Below, piece by piece: positions 41,241-49,502 of a stretch of 64,000 nucleotides of DNA. The notes under the pieces are model-generated. The model worked only from the letters and a program-made list of their open reading frames with translations. It did not search any database and was not told the DNA's origin. The DNA is from a virus (Duplodnaviria; Caudoviricetes), in the IMG/VR virus record IMGVR_UViG_3300028591_000084, one strand, 5' to 3'. A program made the translations under genes and the position numbers. The first letter of the stretch is position 1, and each line of letters begins with the position of its first letter.

Positions 41241-41621
41241 ATGTTTTTAAGTACATTAGTGCTTACTGGTTTTGAAGTTGATTGCAATAATATATTAGTG
41301 ATGAAACATGATTACTATACATGGGATTTATATGTTTTCAGCCAAGATCCTATCTTTGATGATCTAGAGTTTGTTGTTGGAAAAATTTTTAAAGAACCTT
41401 TATGTATACAAAATAAAAGATGTATATCTTATGTATTTTTAAATAGGCCAGTTCTGGAAGAGAACTTTTTGATTAATGATTATCCCTGTCTTTTTAGATT
41501 TAAAGGGTGTGATCTATCAAAAGCAACATATAAATTCTTCTGGAAATATTTAAAAAGGCAGAGTGGATTTTTGACTATATCTCGTGGTACTTTTGCAATT
41601 TTTGAAAATGTTGTTATATAA
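41241..41621 (+). CDS. hypothetical protein, paralogue family (5 of 5)
   Basis: LYVFSQ...DLSKATYKFFW. Confidence 0.7.
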   Translation: MFLSTLVLTGFEVDCNNILVMKHDYYTWDLYVFSQDPIFDDLEFVVGKIFKEPLCIQNKRCISYVFLNRPVLEENFLINDYPCLFRFKGCDLSKATYKFFWKYLKRQSGFLTISRGTFAIFENVVI

Positions 41622-41695
41622 AAGCGTAATTCTACTTAGAGGGTTTATGCCCTCTTTTTTTACTACTCCTGAAATCCCGTCAAAACCTTATATAT

Positions 41696-41860
41696 GTAAT
41701 AGATGGGTTAGTGGCTCATGTTCTGAGCCGAGTCCCGAGGATAGGCGTTATGATCCCTATAGACCTCAAAACGAAATATAAGTCAGCGACCCCGCAAGCA
41801 CTGGCCACGATCCGGAAGTAGGATGCGCGCCGCAGCTATTTGGCCGCTGGCTTTTTTTTT
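41696..41860 (+). ncRNA. candidate GC-rich structured ncRNA (about 160 nt)
   Basis: AAAACCTTATATATG motif upstream; hairpins GGCTCA/TGAGCC and GAGG-ATAGG/CCTAT-CCTC; closing stem AGTCAGCG/CGCTGGCT and T run. Confidence 0.55.
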
Positions 41861-41890
41861 ATTTTTGTCCCCTCAATTCTTTATTATTGT

Positions 41891-42382
41891 ATGAAACTAA
41901 ATAAAGAATTTATTGTATATGGAAAAATAATAGACTCAAAGAAATTTATTAAACCCCATAATGGACTGAACCAGTTCATAAACAAACCTGACGGAGGCCT
42001 ATGGGCTTCACCGACGGATTCGGGATGGGGTTGGCGTGATTGGTGTGAATCGGAGGATTATCCGATTACACTAGATGTATGGACAAGGTTTAAGTTAGTT
42101 CCAGAAGCAAGGATCTTAGAAATTCATTGCTTAGATCATCTCAGAGATGTCTTCAGTCGATATGGACGACGACATCCACGACTTGGAATGGTAGTCTTAG
42201 ACTGGAATCTCTTGAGAAATCACTATGACGCAGTGTTCTTGAGTGAACAAGGAAATAACGAGTGTCACCTTCCAATGGAACCAAGTGCGCCAGATCTTAA
42301 TGGTTGGGATTGCGAATGTCTCTTAGTACTAAATATAACAAAAATATTAGTGACAAAAGAATCTGACCAGAAAAGAAAATAA
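41891..42382 (+). CDS. conserved phage hypothetical protein (paralogue of 7297-7800)
   Basis: NKPDGGLWASP, YDAVFL, WDCECLL; ATG 41891 follows promoter motif. Confidence 0.75.
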   Translation: MKLNKEFIVYGKIIDSKKFIKPHNGLNQFINKPDGGLWASPTDSGWGWRDWCESEDYPITLDVWTRFKLVPEARILEIHCLDHLRDVFSRYGRRHPRLGMVVLDWNLLRNHYDAVFLSEQGNNECHLPMEPSAPDLNGWDCECLLVLNITKILVTKESDQKRK

Positions 42383-42438
42383 TAGAAGAGAGACTAGATC
42401 TCTTTTCTTTTTTGTCCCTTTAATTCTTTATTATTGAT

Positions 42439-43062
42439 ATGATAGAATATAAATTTGGTTGTATTTTTGAGACTTCTTGTCAAACTATCACAAACACGGT
42501 CAACACAGTAGGAGTTATGGGTGCAGGATTAGCTCTAGTTTTTAAAGCTCTGTATCCAAAAATGTTTAAAATCTATAAAGAATATTGTGACCGTGGACAG
42601 TTTAGACCAGGAATGTTATGGATTTACAAGGGATCAGAGAGATGGCCACAAGTACTAAATTTTCCAACTAAATTACATTGGAAGAACCCTAGTACTATTC
42701 CTATTATTGAGGATGGACTAAAAAAATTAGTGGAAACCTATAAAGAAAAGAGTATAACTTCATTAGCTATACCGGTTTTAGGAACTAATAATGGGAGATT
42801 AGATCCCAGAGTTGTTGTTCCTGTTATGGAACATTATCTTAGAAGACTCAATATACCAGTAGAAATCTGGACTCATAAAAGTGATTCAGTTAACCCTATT
42901 TGGGAAGAACTTAGAAATTCATGTGTTGCTGGGAGATCTAGATTTGAAGATCTTGTTCTTAGTAGTAATGGGTTTGTTGATTTGGCTAAATCTTGTGCAA
43001 CTCTTGGGAGGAAAGATGATTTTGGAGAAGAGATTAATAAACTAATAAAAATAGAAAAATGA
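42439..43062 (+). CDS. DarG-like macrodomain ADP-ribosyl hydrolase
   Basis: NTVNTVGVMGAGLA..FK..YP, NFPTKLHW, SLAIP.LG.NNG.L. Confidence 0.88.
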   Translation: MIEYKFGCIFETSCQTITNTVNTVGVMGAGLALVFKALYPKMFKIYKEYCDRGQFRPGMLWIYKGSERWPQVLNFPTKLHWKNPSTIPIIEDGLKKLVETYKEKSITSLAIPVLGTNNGRLDPRVVVPVMEHYLRRLNIPVEIWTHKSDSVNPIWEELRNSCVAGRSRFEDLVLSSNGFVDLAKSCATLGRKDDFGEEINKLIKIEK

Positions 43063-43673
43063 TAGAGTTTAAAGAAGGTTGTTTATTTTCAACTAATTGC
43101 CAGACTATAGTTAATACTGTTAATACTGTAGGAGTTATGGGTACTGGATTAGCTCTAGTTTTTAAGGCCATGTTTCCAAAGATGTTTCAAGAATATAGGT
43201 ATTACTGTAGATCTGAAATGTTTGGAGTTGGTAAATTGTGGCTATACAAAAATACAAACAGGTGGCAGGTTTTGAATTTTCCAACTAAAACGCATTGGAA
43301 AAATTATTCAGAACTTCCGATTATAGAAGCATCTCTCTATAATCTCTTGGCAACTTATAAAGATCGAGGAATTACATCATTAGCCATCCCTATGTTGGGG
43401 TGTCAAAAGGGAGGCCTAAGATCTAAACAAGTATTTCCGTTGATGAAAAAATATCTTGACCAGCTTGATATACCGGTTGAGCTCTGGACTAATAATAAGA
43501 AGCACGTTAATCCTATTTGGGCTGAATTATACGCAGCCAGCAGAGACGCTGATAGTCCCTTTAAAAGATTAGTGCTTAGTTGCAGAGACTTTGAAGACTT
43601 AAGTAAGAAAGTTGGTGATAGAAAAGACGTTTTTGGAGTTGAAGTTAATCGAATAATTAGATTTGAGCCTTAA
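43059..43673 (+). CDS. DarG-like macrodomain ADP-ribosyl hydrolase (tandem paralogue)
   Basis: NTVNTVGVMGTGLA, NFPTKTHW, SLAIPMLGCQKGGL. Confidence 0.88.
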   Translation: MIEFKEGCLFSTNCQTIVNTVNTVGVMGTGLALVFKAMFPKMFQEYRYYCRSEMFGVGKLWLYKNTNRWQVLNFPTKTHWKNYSELPIIEASLYNLLATYKDRGITSLAIPMLGCQKGGLRSKQVFPLMKKYLDQLDIPVELWTNNKKHVNPIWAELYAASRDADSPFKRLVLSCRDFEDLSKKVGDRKDVFGVEVNRIIRFEP

Positions 43674-43777
43674 ATGCATACGTTGTTAAATTCTTCCATT
43701 TTTATTAAGAAAGGTAGTGGTCTGTGAAGATCGCTACTTTTTTTGTTTTATATTAAAATTTTAATAGAAGATAGGTA

Positions 43778-43819
43778 TTTCAAAACCTACCTCTAAATTC
43801 TCCTCAAAGCCTTATATAT
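43778..43819 (+). promoter_or_regulatory. extended promoter-like element; identical 42-bp inverted copy at 61703-61744, partial copies near 11714-11752 and 12270-12295
   Basis: TTTCAAAACCTACCTCTAAATTCTCCTCAAAGCCTTATATAT upstream of small genes. Confidence 0.7.
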
Positions 43820-43842
43820 AGTAATAATTAATTTATACAACT

Positions 43843-44046
43843 ATGGGATATCTAGTGAATGGTTTATTGAGCTACGTCATCACCACAGGAGCTGTGATGA
43901 GCGGAAATGCTTTAACTGACTGCATAAAGATTTTTATGCTAAGTCAGAAGAGAGATTTGGAGGAGGAGTATCAGCAGATGCTCCTTGAGAAAGAAGCTTC
44001 CCTAAGAGTTAGGGAAGAAAAAATTGGAGAAAGGATATTGTCATGA
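43843..44046 (+). CDS. small hypothetical protein
   Basis: ORF directly after promoter-like element. Confidence 0.55.
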   Translation: MGYLVNGLLSYVITTGAVMSGNALTDCIKIFMLSQKRDLEEEYQQMLLEKEASLRVREEKIGERILS

Positions 44047-44237
44047 AAAAAAATAATGTTCTTTCTAGAATGATATCTGGCGGCTTAAACAGAGTCGTCA
44101 GTAATTTCGAATCAGAAATGCTTGGGTTTGCCCAAGATTTAAAAAGGAACCTCTATTTAAAAAGAGAGGTTGCAGAGCTGAAAAAAGGAGAAGGACGTTG
44201 AGCCCTTCTTTTTTTTTATTTTTAACAATAAGAGGTA

Positions 44238-44420
44238 AAAAAAGATTTCGGTTGGGAACTAAAATATAAGCTTAAACCTATATTCACCTTTTTAGTTCCC
44301 AACCTAATTTCTTAAACTCAAGTCCTTTTTTAATCTGACTTGAAACGACCTGACTTTCCCGGGAGACTTATAGTAAGTCTTGTGGAAAATCTAAGCTGAA
44401 ATTCCTCGGTTATAAGGCAT
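44238..44420 (-). ncRNA. candidate three-hairpin ncRNA
   Basis: AATGCCTTATAACCG motif, then AGACTTA/TAAGTCT, TCAAGTC/GACTTGA and GGTTGGGAACTAAAA/TTTTAGTTCCCAACC stems, then T run. Confidence 0.4.
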
Positions 44421-44444
44421 TGATCCTCCCTGATTGGTAAAATC

Positions 44445-44963
44445 TTAGCCTTCAATAATATCGTACCAGGGATAATTATCATCTGGATCAATGAAAAAGA
44501 CGCTATACAATCTCTTATTTAGAATGTCAGGATCATCGTCTTCTACTTCGAAATCATCTCTTACCTGATCCAAGTCATCAATTGCTTTTTTATCTTCATA
44601 GACCTTTCTTAGCGTAGTCCAGATATCCAATCCCTTGTCACCTATTTTCTTAATGACCGAATTGACACAGAATAAGTCGCCCTCTAGAATAATATCCTCC
44701 TCATCGCTTAAAAGATCTATATCTTCATCAACGATCCACTCTCCTGAAACAGGATCAACCTTAAATACGCCGAGAATAACAGCATTAATCTCGCGCAATC
44801 CTGAAATCTCGAACAAACTAATAGCTAATTTTCCAAGATCGTCGCTTTCCAGATAATTGATTCTTAGATCTACAAATTCTTTTAATCTCTTTAAGACGTT
44901 AACATCTGTAATTTTCTTCAGCTCTTCAACAATCGGTGATACCGTCATTTTTCTTTTCTTCAT
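44445..44963 (-). CDS. hypothetical acidic protein
   Basis: ORF in operon. Confidence 0.7.
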   Translation of the reverse strand: MKKRKMTVSPIVEELKKITDVNVLKRLKEFVDLRINYLESDDLGKLAISLFEISGLREINAVILGVFKVDPVSGEWIVDEDIDLLSDEEDIILEGDLFCVNSVIKKIGDKGLDIWTTLRKVYEDKKAIDDLDQVRDDFEVEDDDPDILNKRLYSVFFIDPDDNYPWYDIIEG

Positions 44964-45517
44964 TAGTATATTTTATCACTTAGAATAATATAAATATCCA
45001 TTCTATCTTTATCAGACAATTTCTCATTGAACCAATCCAGCTCTTCTCCGTTGTGTCTGATAATATAATATTCATCACCCTTTCTACCAAAACCTTTGCC
45101 CCATTTACCTAGATCAACATCTTTATAGGATCCTGGCTTAAAATATTTGGGTAATTCTTTCATTACGTCTTTAACTAAACCAGTCATAGCTTTGTTATAA
45201 GACTCTACTATGTTTTTTAAGGTTTTGCCAGACTGCTTGCTTTCATACTCATCAACAAACATTAAGATCTTTTGAATATCGCTAATTAAAGCTTCTTCGC
45301 CAGTCCAAGGATAAGTATGGCCTTTAAGAACAGTTACGATTTCCCCTGTACCCGCTATTCTACCTATTAGATCACAGACTCCCTCAATAGTATAGGGGAA
45401 GAACTGTCCTGGCGCTATAGTCTTGCAAATTATTCTATCAACCGTCACCAATAAGTTCTTAATTCCAATATCCTTATTCTCCTGGATATGTCTGTATTTT
45501 ATACTAAAGTCCCTCAT
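44963..45517 (-). CDS. hypothetical protein
   Basis: Likely start MRDFSIK overlapping the upstream gene end. Confidence 0.6.
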   Translation of the reverse strand: MRDFSIKYRHIQENKDIGIKNLLVTVDRIICKTIAPGQFFPYTIEGVCDLIGRIAGTGEIVTVLKGHTYPWTGEEALISDIQKILMFVDEYESKQSGKTLKNIVESYNKAMTGLVKDVMKELPKYFKPGSYKDVDLGKWGKGFGRKGDEYYIIRHNGEELDWFNEKLSDKDRMDIYIILSDKIY

Positions 45518-45971
45518 AAACTCTAATAACGTTATTTTTAAAGTCAAATAAAACTGAACCAAAATTACAAAGAATATCAGAACCAATCATAGTACTATCT
45601 CCGATAAAGATTCTTGTTTTATCTATAACACATCCTGCAAAATTAAGGGATGGTGCATAGACGGAATCGATTAGATGGCCTTGAGTTTGTAGAAAGTCAA
45701 ACTCTACCTTAGATACCATTAACCCGCCTAAAGAATCAAAGCTAATTCCGGATTTAATTGGAATTCCGCCAACTAATATTACGACCTTATGATCCTTTGA
45801 TAGTCTGGTAGAAGTCGTTGATACTTTAGTTGGGATAGTCTCTTTCTTCTCAGTTGGAATAGGTAATGGCTTATTGAATAAACCTTTATTGTCGCTATAA
45901 AAAACGAATCCTAATCCAATAATAATAAAACTAACTCCAAACGCAAATAAAAACTTACTAATTATATTCAT
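45504..45971 (-). CDS. membrane-anchored protein, possibly degenerate retropepsin-like aspartic protease fold
   Basis: N-terminal TM; C-terminal MIGSDIL...VLFDFKNNVI resembles the ILGxDxL...IDF motif; no canonical DTG. Confidence 0.4.
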   Translation of the reverse strand: MNIISKFLFAFGVSFIIIGLGFVFYSDNKGLFNKPLPIPTEKKETIPTKVSTTSTRLSKDHKVVILVGGIPIKSGISFDSLGGLMVSKVEFDFLQTQGHLIDSVYAPSLNFAGCVIDKTRIFIGDSTMIGSDILCNFGSVLFDFKNNVIRVYEGL

Positions 45972-46053
45972 ATTCTCAACTATAAGGAAAAGAAAGGGGA
46001 AAGTAATCCTCTCAGACAACTTCCCCTTATAATAACTCGGCATGAGAATAGTT

Positions 46054-46139
46054 AAAAAGGATCGGCCTTCACAGGCAAATCCTCAAAGACTCCAAGGCTA
46101 ACGCTATAGCCTTTACATACTTCACAATAGTAAGGAAAT
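46054..46139 (-). ncRNA. candidate sRNA cassette E
   Basis: ATTTCCTTACTATTGTG, then about 40 nt, then AGGATTTGCCT-GTGA-AGGCCGATCCT and T run. Confidence 0.45.
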
Positions 46140-46205
46140 AAGGGGTTTGTTTTTATTAGAATAATATTTTAGCATTCTCACCCTCCTCTTTTCCTTATTC
46201 CTGAT

Positions 46206-47099
46206 ATGAAGAAAAATAAAGAAGAATTAATTAAAATTTTTGAAGAAACCCTAGAGGTTTGTAAGATTGGTGGTTATGAAGCTGAAAATGGTAATTTTAT
46301 TTCAATTTCAAATTCATGGCCTGGAACTAGGTTTTGTGCTAGTGTACCTCACTCCTCTTCTTCTAAGTGGCTAAGGGTATATAAATTTAAGTCCCCCATT
46401 GTAGATCCTACGAGAAAGATTAAAATAACAGTCCAGAATATAGACACTTTTAATAAGGCTAAAGAATTCGGTCCTGATTGTGTTGTTTTAAATATGGCAT
46501 CTTTCCGTTTTCCAGGTGGTGGTGTCATCAATGGTGCTAGGGCTCAAGAGGAAGATTTGTTTAGGCGCTCAAATTTAGCTCAATCCTTATACTACTACTC
46601 CCCTATGAACAACATTTTTGACTATAATGATTGGAAAAAGAAGACTTCGGGGGAGATTTTTCCTAGTGGTGAGTACCCGATTCCTATCTATGGTGGAATT
46701 TATACACCTCGTGTCACAGTTTTTAGATCAACTGAATCATACTCTTTCTTAAACAATCCTTTTGAATGTGCTGTTATTAGTTTTCCCGCCATCAAAAATC
46801 CGGATATGAATAAGTATGGTATGATGTCAGAATTAGCGGCAACTATGATGAAAGGTAAAATTCGTGGTGTTTTAAGGTTGGCTAAATTCGGTGGTCATGA
46901 AAAGGTTGTTTTGGGTGCTTGGGGTTGTGGGGCTTATAAATGCCCAGCTACTCATGTTGCCCAGTTATTTAAAGAAGTAATAGAGGAGATAGAATTTGCA
47001 GGCGTCTTCAGTGAAATTTGTTTTGCCATTATAGAAGATGCCAATAGTGTTAGAGTTAATGGTAGTAATATTAGAGCTTTTAAGGAGGTATTTTTATGA
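46206..47099 (+). CDS. bacterial-type poly(ADP-ribose) glycohydrolase (TIGR02452/DUF2263)
   Basis: VLNMAS..PGGGVINGARAQEEDLFRRS; VLGAWGCGAY. Confidence 0.9.
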   Translation: MKKNKEELIKIFEETLEVCKIGGYEAENGNFISISNSWPGTRFCASVPHSSSSKWLRVYKFKSPIVDPTRKIKITVQNIDTFNKAKEFGPDCVVLNMASFRFPGGGVINGARAQEEDLFRRSNLAQSLYYYSPMNNIFDYNDWKKKTSGEIFPSGEYPIPIYGGIYTPRVTVFRSTESYSFLNNPFECAVISFPAIKNPDMNKYGMMSELAATMMKGKIRGVLRLAKFGGHEKVVLGAWGCGAYKCPATHVAQLFKEVIEEIEFAGVFSEICFAIIEDANSVRVNGSNIRAFKEVFL

Positions 47100-47680
47100 T
47101 GGATAATCCGAGATATAAAGGAATTCTTATTGATAGGAATAACGTGCCAATTCCTGGAACTGACTTTTTTGGTTGGAAGTCTAGATCCTTAGCAGTAACG
47201 GTTGTAATTTTAAGTAAAACTAGATCAGGATTGTATGAAGCCCTCGTTGAAAAGCGCGGCCCTGGTTGTCCTGATTACGTAGGATCCTGGTGTTGTCCTT
47301 GTGGTTATTTAGGCTGGGATGAAACACTCAAGGAAGCAGCAGTAAGGGAGGTGTATGAAGAAACTGGTCTAGAGCTCAAAGAAGAGGAGCTATCATTACT
47401 TGGAATTGATGATGATCCAGAAGCGAATAGACAAAACGTTACAGTTAGGTTTTATTGTGAAATAGATGAGAGGAGAATTTTTCCAGTCATTAATCACGCC
47501 TTGTATAAGAAATCAGACAGGGGAGGTGAAGAAGATGAAGTTGACGAATTAACTCTTGTTCCATTATTTTACGTTAGAGTCAACGAGAATAGTTTTGCTT
47601 TTGGCCATAACAAAATTATTGAAGAGGCTTTTTTGAAGATAAAAAATGAAGAAACAATAAAAAAGAAGGTAGGGAATTAA
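47096..47680 (+). CDS. Nudix hydrolase (ADP-ribose pyrophosphatase-like)
   Basis: Nudix box GYLGWDETLKEAAVREVYEETGL; FAFGH tail. Confidence 0.9.
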   Translation: MMDNPRYKGILIDRNNVPIPGTDFFGWKSRSLAVTVVILSKTRSGLYEALVEKRGPGCPDYVGSWCCPCGYLGWDETLKEAAVREVYEETGLELKEEELSLLGIDDDPEANRQNVTVRFYCEIDERRIFPVINHALYKKSDRGGEEDEVDELTLVPLFYVRVNENSFAFGHNKIIEEAFLKIKNEETIKKKVGN

Positions 47681-47752
47681 TCCTTACCTTTATTTTTTTT
47701 TATTTAGAGTAAAAAAAGAGACTACTTAATCTAGTAATCTCTTGGCATGTTT

Positions 47753-48019
47753 CAGGTTATGTTATCTCGAAGGCTTTTTATCCCCCGAATCAGGCAGTTC
47801 TCATTTCCCGCCTGCTCAGCATACATATTCATCCACTAGGGATGGCGGACACTCTTGGGTAGATTATATTCTTTATTCCTAAAGTTTCACTACCTATGCG
47901 TTACGATACTAGACCATATTACAAACCTAGTTATCTCGGTATTAGCAAATTTCACAGCCTCCACCGATATTGCCCGCTGGTTATCTTAAGTATTGCTACC
48001 TAAGACGGCAAACCAAATT
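47753..48019 (-). mobile_element. Group I intron without ORF located in a 3' UTR (about 267 nt), homologous to the polA intron
   Basis: P1 GGUAA/UUGCC; blocks shared with polA intron (CGGGCAA, CGGTGGA, TAATACCG, GCATAGG.AGTGAA, ATATAATCT.CCCA.GAGTGTCCG.CATCC, GATAAAAAGC); P10 GUUU/AAAC. Confidence 0.85.
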
Positions 48020-48024
48020 ACCTA

Positions 48025-48924
48025 CTACTCATAAATATATTTCCCCTCCAGTAAGTTATATAGGTCAATATAATCAATCATACAATTATGAGCAGCATCC
48101 TTATCTCTACTACTAAGTCCCCATCTGCCAGAATGAGTCCCTATGTAAACCAAATCATCAAGGTTTTTCCAATCACTAATCGCCCCAGATACAGTTCTCT
48201 CCTTAGGAATTCCTTCTCGCATCTGTTTCATAACGACACAAGCTTGTCTTGGAATTCTGAGATATGTGGTTACTGAGTGTGCAATATACTCAAGTGCTGC
48301 CTCTGAACTTTCCCTATTTCCAAACGAAGGGATCAGCTCAGGTGCAGGCATAATCACATAAATTTTCTGTGGAGCAAAAGAAGCGAGCTTGTCCCAGACA
48401 TCGAATCGTGGTTTCAGATCAAATACGGCTCTAGGCATTATGTCTGGCTTTCCATTACTTTCCCAAGATTCATAAAGACAATCAAGGACGTCACAAATAA
48501 TAGCTCTTTTAACCTTTCTTTCTTCTTGTTCTGCTGGTGTTTCTTCTTTTTTCCAGGGTGCAGATTTTTCACTAGCAGGTTTCCAACCACTTGAAGATGA
48601 TCCACTTCCCCAGCCACTGAATCCTCCAGCAGGACTCCAAGGTTTCCTATCCTCTGCTTTTTCCCAAGGAGCCTTACTTGATCCGGTCCCTGATCCGGTC
48701 CCTGATGATCCCCAGCTAAACGGGTTAGGAGTAGTTTCTGCCATTTCTTTTTTTACTAAATTTTCTTGTTGTTCCATGAGGTTGTAAAGCTTAACTTCCT
48801 CTTCATCAACCTCCTCGTCAATTAAATAATCGTCATCATCATCGTCTTCCGTTGGATGCCCCGTATAATCAGGCGGAAGATATGATTTTCTTTCACAATC
48901 ACTATTATCCATTTGTTGATTCAA
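48025..48924 (-). CDS. disordered N-terminus + degenerate HAD/polynucleotide 3'-phosphatase-like domain
   Basis: IICDVLDCL; VYIG..SG...S.RD..AAHNCMIDY; acidic and Gly/Ser/Trp-rich N-terminus. Confidence 0.55.
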   Translation of the reverse strand: MNQQMDNSDCERKSYLPPDYTGHPTEDDDDDDYLIDEEVDEEEVKLYNLMEQQENLVKKEMAETTPNPFSWGSSGTGSGTGSSKAPWEKAEDRKPWSPAGGFSGWGSGSSSSGWKPASEKSAPWKKEETPAEQEERKVKRAIICDVLDCLYESWESNGKPDIMPRAVFDLKPRFDVWDKLASFAPQKIYVIMPAPELIPSFGNRESSEAALEYIAHSVTTYLRIPRQACVVMKQMREGIPKERTVSGAISDWKNLDDLVYIGTHSGRWGLSSRDKDAAHNCMIDYIDLYNLLEGKYIYE

Positions 48925-49450
48925 CCGGAGCAGCTTGACCTTGTTCTACATTGTTATCTCTCTCGGCTGGTAACTTATACTCTCTATTCTTAAACAAATC
49001 ATATAAGATACACATGTGATTAGATGTATTACACTCAGTATGATCTTTGTTCCAGTTAGGGCAAGTATCCTGACAAATTGCATCAATAACCTCATTAATC
49101 TTCACGAACTTATTTTCGCTGATGAGGTTTTGAAAGCAATCGGATACGTCATAAAGATTAGCCTCCAGAGTTCCACTTGCTGGCACATAAGACAGTTCAT
49201 CTTCATTCTCAGTCGTTGCGTCTTCATTTCTCCCGATCCCACAACAAAAATCCTGGAAGGAATATAATTTGTCATTCGGGTGTCTCGGATCAATAAGATG
49301 AGAACAAACCTTAACGCCATAAGGACATGCGGTTGTACAAACAATCTGAGCCCCTCCTGGTGCCTTTGGAACTGGACGGAATTCTAATGCACGAGTTCCC
49401 TTTTCTGTTTCAATTCTAAATTTCTTAACTTTTAATACTGATTCTGACAT
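48905..49450 (-). CDS. Cys-rich hypothetical protein
   Basis: Multiple CxxxCP motifs. Confidence 0.65.
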   Translation of the reverse strand: MSESVLKVKKFRIETEKGTRALEFRPVPKAPGGAQIVCTTACPYGVKVCSHLIDPRHPNDKLYSFQDFCCGIGRNEDATTENEDELSYVPASGTLEANLYDVSDCFQNLISENKFVKINEVIDAICQDTCPNWNKDHTECNTSNHMCILYDLFKNREYKLPAERDNNVEQGQAAPVESTNG

Positions 49451-49502
49451 AATAATATTTTAATTAGTTTTAAAATAAATTCTCATATCAACTATAAGGA
49501 TT

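Noticed and set aside
41715-41790. Hammerhead ribozyme (CTGA...GA...CGAAA); also CTGATGAG near 61596-61603 on the minus strand
   Set aside because: Stems I-III cannot be built around the core, and the second site lacks a GAAA partner
41805-41840. SRP RNA-like TCCGGAAG...GCAGC
   Set aside because: Spacing and the symmetric loop of SRP domain IV are not reproduced
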